Assembly (NCBI RefSeq): GCF_006345805.1
Contig: NW_021829945.1
Location: 1 to 5,793 of the forward strand
Origin: Octopus sinensis
Lineage: Eukaryota
Direction: 5' to 3'
Length of the DNA: 5,793 nucleotides
Shown here: positions 1 through 5,684 of the stretch, in pieces
Layout of the letters: each line of letters begins with the position of its first letter
How positions within the stretch are numbered: the stretch's first letter is position 1
The notes under the pieces: model-generated
Database searches by the model: none
What the model saw: only the letters and a program-made list of their open reading frames with translations
Told to the model about the DNA's origin: nothing
Program-made: the position numbers and the translations under genes

Positions 1-378
1 GTATGAGTGGATAACTGTTGAAACGGCAAGGTGTTTCATCAGCTGCCCGTTTCTACTCTTCCAACCTACCATATAACACTGTCGAAAGTAGTACGTAATT
101 AAATCGGCTTTTTTGTCCACTCGTATTTTCAAATAACAGCACGCGTTTAGGTTGAAGGAGGAATAAAATTGCCGAATCATTTTCCGTTAGGTCACGTTTA
201 TAAATAACACTGTACCGCTTCCTTGTTCTAGTAGAGTCTAGAAAGAGTCTAGAGAACAAGGAAGCAGAATTTCACGAAGGCCAACAGCGGTAGCTGTAAC
301 ATTATATGAGCGCTAGGTATTAAAATACGGAAAGAATTATGTCTATATATACCTGTATGAATGTGTACGTGTGCGCGC

Positions 379-381
<3 letters not shown>

Positions 382-451
<70 letters not shown>
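382..451. repeat. (TG)n microsatellite
   Basis: About 35 TG units with one single-base interruption near 411. Confidence 0.98.
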
Positions 452-452
<1 letters not shown>

Positions 453-571
453 GCTCTCTCACGTATAGTTACCCACAGAAGAAGCGTAATGTCAACACAA
501 AACTATTTGAAAGTGATGGAAATGAATGTTGAGGTAGTGTGTAGAAATGGTAAGGAAGAGTATAAAGTAAG

Positions 572-572
<1 letters not shown>

Positions 573-628
<56 letters not shown>
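573..628. repeat. (GATA)14 microsatellite
   Basis: Perfect GATA tetranucleotide run. Confidence 0.98.
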
Positions 629-629
<1 letters not shown>

Positions 630-638
630 GCAATGGCT

Positions 639-641
<3 letters not shown>

Positions 642-680
<39 letters not shown>

Positions 681-690
681 AAGAGAGAGA
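642..690. repeat. (GA)n microsatellite
   Basis: GA run with two AA interruptions. Confidence 0.97.
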
Positions 691-788
691 TAAGGTGTGT
701 GAAGGTATGTCTGTGATAAATCATAATCGCTGTAAGTTTTTAGAAACAACCTGTCACTATAAATAAGAAGTACTACATCACATTAAAC

Positions 789-892
789 AACACACACATA
801 CACACACACACATATATCATGTGTGTGCATGTGTGTATCTGTGTATGTGTGAGTGTATATGTATATATTTATATATATATGTATGTATGTAT
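789..892. repeat. Compound (CA)n/(TG)n/(TA)n/(TATG)n simple repeat
   Basis: Consecutive imperfect dinucleotide and tetranucleotide runs. Confidence 0.9.
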
Positions 893-1117
893 GAAGCATG
901 AAGACGCGCTTGCTGGCGCTGAGTGATATAAGCATTGGCTAAGATATATATTTTTTAACATTACATACTTGCAAATCACACACACGCGTACACACACATT
1001 CACACTTATTCACATACGCAGGCATGTTTGTATGTATGTTAGTCATGCGCAGTAGCCACCAACGCTCCAAGACTGTGCGATCACTGTTTCTTCTATCCTA
1101 TTACGGTGAAGTCAGCC

Positions 1118-1132
1118 GAGAGAGAGAGAGAG
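1118..1132. repeat. Short (GA)n microsatellite
   Basis: About 7 GA units. Confidence 0.9.
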
Positions 1133-1358
1133 TCTACGCTGATCAAACTTCTTTATCACTTTACAGTTAGACAGCTTAACTCTGGCTTTTGACTCGTATA
1201 TACATACTTCCTTCATTGCGATTCTGTTACAACAGAAGTCACTGCACATTTAATATAAATTAATGATTTAATCGAGAAACATTGTTTTTTTGTTTTCTAT
1301 TGGTTTCTTTATTTACTTATAACTAGAATTATTTCTAGCCTTTTCTCTATCATTGTCA

Positions 1359-1397
1359 GATATATATTATATATATATATATATAATATATATATTA
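1359..1397. repeat. Imperfect (TA)n microsatellite
   Basis: TA-only run. Confidence 0.95.
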
Positions 1398-1565
1398 GAT
1401 ATGGTTGTATACAGTCAATCTAACGTGAACGGGACAGTAGGGGGTTACACCACCGCTGTTTAGCCCTAGGAAGCATCGACGCTTCCTGCTGGCTTCGACA
1501 CATTTTACCTGTGTCCTTATATACATTTACGAAGGGGAGACAACCCCCCCCCCCAGCTGCCAGGC

Positions 1566-1584
1566 ATATATATATATATATATA
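1566..1584. repeat. (TA)n microsatellite
   Basis: About 9 TA units. Confidence 0.95.
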
Positions 1585-1647
1585 ACACTGTACTTATTCC
1601 ACGTCCTCGCGTGGTTTTTTTCTTGCTTGTTCATGTTTGGATTGACT

Positions 1648-1750
1648 ATATATATATATTATACATACATACATACAAACATACATATATGTATAGAGTG
1701 TTAGGTGTGGTGTACATGCGGTTTATAGCATATATATATATATATTATAT
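1648..1750. repeat. (TA)n/(TACA)n compound simple repeats
   Basis: TA and TACA runs at 1648-1695 and a TA run at 1730-1750. Confidence 0.85.
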
Positions 1751-1905
1751 GGCTAACCACTAAGGGTGGATGTTACTGTAGCTGTACCCAGGAGACATCT
1801 TCTCAGCTGGCTATCGGTCACAGAAAGTGGTCAATAGCCAGCTGGGGAGATGTCTCTCCTGGGACTACAAGCTACAGTAACATCCACCTTAGTGGTTAGC
1901 CATAT
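1747..1905. mobile_element. 159-bp palindromic (foldback) MITE-like element
   Basis: Arms 1747-1814 and 1834-1905 are near-perfect inverted repeats (ATATGGCTAACCACTAAGG...CAGCTGGCTAT) differing by a few small indels and two substitutions. The 19-bp centre can pair further with G:T pairs, leaving an AGAAA loop. Flanks are palindromic (ATAT|GG...CC|ATAT), next to a TA microsatellite. Confidence 0.75.
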
Positions 1906-1969
1906 TTAGATGACAAATATACTTCCATGTCGTGCAGTGCAGTTACTGTCTATACCTCGTTCAGAGATT

Positions 1970-1972
<3 letters not shown>

Positions 1973-2004
<32 letters not shown>
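1973..2004. repeat. (TA)16 microsatellite abutting the foldback repeat
   Basis: Perfect TA run. Confidence 0.98.
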
Positions 2005-2007
<3 letters not shown>

Positions 2008-2045
2008 TTGAAATGGCTTTTCTGATGATTTTTCTATTTCAATAA

Positions 2046-2058
2046 CACCGTATAACAA
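2046..2058 (+). repeat. Left terminal inverted repeat of the Chapaev3 element
   Basis: CACCGTATAACAA, immediately preceded by TSD TAA; 11/13 to the revcomp of 3817-3829. Confidence 0.85.
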
Positions 2059-2347
2059 TGAAAAAAAAACGAAATGAGTATAACCTTTCTCAGGGGTATT
2101 TTATGTGCAGGTCACAAATATAACTTCCGCTTCTTTCTGTGACCCTCCAGTTTCTCGTAAATTACCATCTTACGTTAAATACACTAATGGTTTCGTAGGA
2201 ATTAAGTGCAAACAGGATTGGGCCGAAACTGACAACTCTAAAAGTTATGAACGGATTTTGATATAATTTTAATGGGTCGTTACTAAGGTATTTGTCAACC
2301 TAACGTATGACAATTGTAAAAGTACACTCGATATTTTTATAGTTATA

Positions 2348-3545
2348 TTGGTCCAAATCCGTGGTAAATCTGACAAGGAACCACACCTCATCACCCAGCC
2401 TGAATTCAATGATCTAGTTCGTGATCTAACGCTTACTGAGCGACAGAGTGAAGTCCTGGCTTCACGTCTGACACAATGGAACTTGTTGGGTAAAGAGGCT
2501 CGAATTACAATGTTTAGGAAGCGTTCTGCAGATCTACAATAATTCTTCGCTTTGGAAAACAACTTGACTTATTGTAATGATATCAGAGACCTATTCAATG
2601 CCCTTGAGCTGATCTATGAACCAAATGAGTGGAGGTTATTCATAGATGCATCTCTGTACAGTATAAAAGCGGTTCTGCTGCACATTGGGAACACTATGCC
2701 TTCAGTTCAAATTGCTCACTCAGTCATATATCTCACTAAGAGAGATATATGAGAACCTCGCTTTTATTCTGGACGGCATAAGTTACAAGGAGTATGAGAG
2801 GCTAATTTGTGCGGACTTGAAAGTAGCAGCCCTACATAATGGGCTACAAGCTGGATACACCAAGTTTATGTGCTTCTTTTGCAAGTGGGACAGTAAGGCC
2901 AGATCAGAACATAATGTACACTGAGAATGGCCATCTCGGGAAACTACGACGCTTGGATGTCATTATGTAAATCATGAGCCACTAGTTAAGAAGGAGAAAA
3001 TCCTTTTGCCACTACTGCATATAAAACCAGGCCTAATGAAGCAATTTGCCAAAGCGGTGCTACATAACAAGCCATGTTTCCAGAACCTCAAGGAGATCTT
3101 TCCTAAAATAAGTGATGCCAAGATTAAAGAAGACGTATTCGTAGGCCCTCAGATTCGTCAACTTATAGCCGATGAGAACTTCGAGGCGACAATGGATGAA
3201 ACTGAGCTAGCAACCTGGCATGCAATCAAAGATGTATGCAAAGGACTTCTGAGAAAGCACCAAGTGACCCAGCGTGAGAGTATAGTGGAGAGACTAATCA
3301 AGTGTGACCAAAATCTCGGATGCAATATTTCAATGAAGATACACTTTCTTCATTCTCATCTGTCCTTCCTCCCAGAGAATGCAAGAGATGTGAGTGATGA
3401 ACATGGGGGGAGGTTCCATCAAAATATAACGTCAATAGAAAACAGGTATAAGGGAAAATGGAGCCTAGTTATGCTAGCTGACTTCTGCTGGAACCTGAAG
3501 CGTGACACACTCGAGGCGTCTTATAAACGAAGAAGTAAATACTAA
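2348..3545 (+). pseudogene. Chapaev3-like DDE transposase pseudogene (about 390 codons of homology from about 2378)
   Basis: Four track ORFs join into one frame. 2348-2542 and 2552-2752 are the same frame split by TAA 2540-2542. A +1 frameshift near 2726-2736 leads into 2685-2924. TGA 2922-2924 then reads through (EWPSRE...EPLVKKEKILLP) into 3006-3545. Family motifs recognised from memory: PHLITQxEFNDLVRDL, SRLxQWNLL, EWRLFID (D 2645-2647), KAVLLHxGN, ICADLK (D 2814-2816), GYTKxxCFFCxWDS (CxxC 2871-2882), LHIKxGLMKQF, KIKExxFVGPQIR, MKIHFLHSH (3342-3359), VSDEHGxRFHQ, RYxGKW, MLADFCW. Confidence 0.9.
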
Positions 3546-3573
3546 AATGTCGGTTAATACATTATATAATGCT

Positions 3574-3579
3574 AATAAA
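3574..3579 (+). promoter_or_regulatory. Possible polyadenylation signal of the transposase gene
   Basis: AATAAA 28 nt downstream of the transposase stop (3543-3545), inside the element. The context is AT-rich, so chance occurrence is possible. Confidence 0.35.
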
Positions 3580-3816
3580 CATGCTGATTCATTCTATATT
3601 TATGAATTAATTACAATGGTCATATTTAATCTGACTCTGGGAGCAAAATAGATTAACCGTGGAAATTGGTATAAATTGCATTATTATTAAGTCGGTAATT
3701 TATAAGAAAATGCGACGTGATGGGAAATTTTTGTTATAAAATTCGAATTTAGCACAATCAACTTCATAACAAAATGTACATAAGATCTATGTTTTTTATT
3801 TTCTTGACCCTGAAAT

Positions 3817-3829
3817 TTGTTGTACAGTG
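3817..3829 (-). repeat. Right terminal inverted repeat of the Chapaev3 element
   Basis: TTGTTGTACAGTG, immediately followed by TSD TAA 3830-3832. Confidence 0.85.
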
Positions 3830-3865
3830 TAATTAGATATTTATATGTTTACAAAAGGCTTAGAA

Positions 3866-3998
3866 GCTGAGTGGACGGGAAAAACGTGAAACGAAGTGTT
3901 TTATTCAAGAACACAACGCGTCACCTGGTCCAGGAGTCGAAATCACAATCTTACGATCATGAATCCAACACCCTAACCACTAAGCCACGCACCTCCAC
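3866..3998 (-). mobile_element. tRNA-derived SINE, 5' head and body, 3' truncated
   Basis: Revcomp reads GTGGAGGTGCG-TGGCTTAGTGGTTAG (A box)-GGTGTTGGATTCATGATCGTAAGATTGTG-ATTTCGACTCC (B-box-like), then the body GTTGTGTTCTTGAATAAAACACTT...CCACTCAGC, which resembles CORE-type SINE bodies. Confidence 0.8.
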
Positions 3999-4001
3999 GT
4001 A

Positions 4002-4105
4002 TGTTAACTCATGATCGTAAGATTGTGATTTCGATTCCTGAACCGGGCGACGCGTTGTGTTCTTGAGCAAAACACTCCATTTCACGTTGCTCTGAACCAC
4101 TCAGC
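4002..4105 (+). mobile_element. tRNA-derived SINE fragment lacking the A box, inverted partner of 3866-3970
   Basis: About 84% identical by my hand alignment (about 17 differences in 105 columns) to the revcomp of 3866-3970. B-box-like ATTTCGATTCC is present; the first roughly 30 nt with the A box are absent. Confidence 0.8.
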
Positions 4106-4222
4106 TAGAAAACCTTTTGTAAACTTACAAACATCTAATTATTAGAGTGGAAAAATTATGAGAAAAGCCATTTCTATTCATTTTTCATTTTTTCAAATAT
4201 ATAATACTGTACCAAGGACTTT

Positions 4223-4272
<50 letters not shown>
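4223..4272. repeat. (CTA)16 microsatellite
   Basis: Perfect trinucleotide run. Confidence 0.98.
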
Positions 4273-4273
<1 letters not shown>

Positions 4274-4277
<4 letters not shown>

Positions 4278-4382
4278 ATATATATGTGTGTGTGATTGAA
4301 TGTGTGATTGATTGTATACGTATTATATAATCTATATATATTATATAATATATATATATAATATATAATATATCTATATATC
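4274..4382. repeat. TA/TG-rich low-complexity tract
   Basis: Imperfect TA, TG and TATAA units. Confidence 0.9.
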
Positions 4383-4444
4383 CGTTTTTATTTACAAAAA
4401 GGAGGAAAAAAGTACTAAATACAGCTTGAATCATAGGACCACTT

Positions 4445-4680
4445 ACTCCGTTTCTAAGGCGTATAAGTGACCGAAATCAAACCATTCCACCCTGAACGGG
4501 ATGCCAATCCTGTCGCAGGGTTATTCATTTTACAACTGAGTGGCTGTTGAACGCAAAACGATATTTTGCTATGAAAGAAAAGCAAAAATAAAACACTCAA
4601 TGTGCGACCGGTGTCGGAATCGAAAACACGATCACCGTATCGCGAGTGCAACACCACTAACCACTAGGTTAAGCACCGCT
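4445..4680 (-). mobile_element. tRNA-derived SINE, near full length, with a V-SINE-like central/3' segment
   Basis: Revcomp has A-box-like TAACCTAGTGGTTAG (4657-4671), B-box-like GTTTTCGATTCC (4616-4627), a body AGCAAAATATC...CCACTCAGTTG related to the SINE at 3866-4105, then TAACCCTGCGACAGGATTGGCATCCCGTTCAGGG, which resembles the CCCTGCGATGGACTGGC...CCAGGG motif I recall from V-SINE-type elements. The 3' boundary is approximate. Confidence 0.7.
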
Positions 4681-4762
4681 TATGTTAAGCTAATGTAGAT
4701 TTTATTCTTTATTCGAAACTGGAGCTTTCCTCACGTCGTTAGCTATTCTGAGTTTCAAATTT

Positions 4763-5180
4763 GGGATCTTTTTGGTTTGAACGGCAGTTTTTCTAGCGGT
4801 GTCATATGAAATTGTCACACATAATTATGACCCTAGTATAGATCTATTGCATTTCAATCTGTTTTAGGATTAGGGTTAGAGGTGGGGGCAAGGGTATCTT
4901 TTTTTCTTCAGAAATGTAAATAAACCCAATCTGTTTCTTAAACGAAGGACATATTCATACGGCACAGAATGCTTTCACCTCAAATAGACGTCATTGATTG
5001 GTTGAAATTGCAGAAATTGAAGAAAAAAACAACAAATATCTTACAAACTATAGAATTTTCTCAATAAAGCCAAGAGAAAAAGATGTTTTATAAACACATT
5101 CTACCAGTATACGAAGTTTAAAAGTGTTTAGTTACGTGGAAATTATTTAAAAAAACTGCCGTTCAAACCGAAAAGATCCC
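4763..5180. mobile_element. 418-bp non-autonomous TIR DNA transposon (MITE)
   Basis: 30-bp TIRs GGGATCTTTTTGGTTTGAACGGCAGTTTTT (4763-4792) and AAAAACTGCCGTTCAAACCGAAAAGATCCC (5151-5180), 29/30 identical. AAATTT lies on both sides (4757-4762, 5181-5186). No long ORF inside. Degenerate TTAGGG repeats inside. Confidence 0.85.
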
Positions 5181-5211
5181 AAATTTGTTAGTCGAATAGT
5201 ATATCTGCAAA

Positions 5212-5247
5212 TACACACACATTCTCTGTCTCTGTTTCTCTCTCTCA

Positions 5248-5284
<37 letters not shown>

Positions 5285-5330
5285 CTCTCCCTCAAACACA
5301 CGTACACACACAACTCTCCCTCTCTCTATC
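5212..5330. repeat. (CA)n/(CT)n compound microsatellite
   Basis: CA run followed by a long imperfect CT run. Confidence 0.92.
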
Positions 5331-5684
5331 AGTATGTCCTCTTTTCCTATTTCGTCCCCCCACCCTCAGAGTATATCTACGATCTCATATATAATATATA
5401 TATGCGTTTTTCCTTATAACTACTTTCATCTTGCGCTAATTATGCTGTTACTTCTCTATAACTATTCCTATTCTTGTTATATTTTTATATTCTCACATTC
5501 TCTTTATATCTATTTCAGTTCCCAACTGTTTTCTTTTGTAGCTTCCAGTTCCTATGTTTCGACGTCTACCTCTTTCATCGCCTTCCTTCTCAGTCTCGTT
5601 TCTTATCTGATTCTCGGTTGTTTGTCTGTCTGTCTGTTTGTCTCTCAGACTACTCGTGTTTCACCGTCTCCATTTTTCTTCTCG

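Larger units (their letters stand above)
2046..3829 (+). mobile_element. Chapaev3-type (CMC superfamily) DNA transposon, decayed and apparently internally deleted
   Basis: Left end CACCGTATAACAA (2046-2058) and right end TTGTTGTACAGTG (3817-3829, revcomp CACTGTACAACAA) match at 11/13. A 3-bp TAA direct repeat flanks both ends (2043-2045, 3830-3832). CAC...GTG termini with a 3-bp TWA TSD are the known Chapaev3 signature. A transposase remnant lies inside. Both boundaries are independently supported by the empty-site copy at 4113-4174. Confidence 0.9.
2001..4203. repeat. Large inverted repeat (foldback) interrupted by the Chapaev3 element; left arm 2001-2045 plus 3833-3970, right arm 4002-4203
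   Basis: 2010-2045 vs revcomp 4139-4174 is 30/36. 3833-3858 vs revcomp 4113-4138 is 23/26. 3866-3970 vs revcomp 4002-4105 is about 84%. 2001-2013 vs revcomp 4191-4203 is 12/13, across an approximately 20-bp insertion in the right arm. The central spacer is about 3971-4001. Confidence 0.85.

Noticed and set aside
53-259. 68-aa minus-strand ORF
   Set aside because: Non-ATG start, no recognisable motif, short; its 5' part lies across the 217-265 hairpin.
339-749. ORFs 339-581 (+), 492-749 (-) and 503-724 (-)
   Set aside because: They are open only because they run through TG, GATA and GA microsatellites (poly-CV, IYLS and SL peptides); no protein-like content.
899-950. Possible very degenerate SINE/tRNA head (TGAAGACGCG...TGGCGCTGAGTGA)
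   Set aside because: Only a loose A-box resemblance, with no B box or body.
1146-1204. Possible host micro-exon after the acceptor-like TTCTTTATCACTTTACAG
   Set aside because: No convincing donor site or coding signal; cannot be supported without transcript data.
2269-2562. 97-aa minus-strand ORF
   Set aside because: Antisense shadow of the transposase pseudogene; no recognisable homology.
3006-3545. 179-aa ORF as an independent functional gene
   Set aside because: It is the C-terminal part of the broken transposase, has a non-ATG start in the track, and carries substitutions in conserved motifs.
3925-3998. tRNA gene (also considered 4610-4680)
   Set aside because: A and B boxes are present, but I cannot fold a proper acceptor stem, and both run into SINE body sequence; these are SINE heads.
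4174-4434. 86-aa minus-strand ORF with poly-Ser
   Set aside because: Produced by (CTA)n and TA-rich low-complexity sequence.
4454-4657. 67-aa minus-strand ORF
   Set aside because: Lies wholly inside a tRNA-derived SINE.
4000-4688. TATGTTAA immediately 5' of both minus-strand SINE heads (about 4000-4007 and 4681-4688)
   Set aside because: An 8-bp AT-rich match. At the first site it overlaps the start of the inverted SINE copy, so it is probably coincidental.
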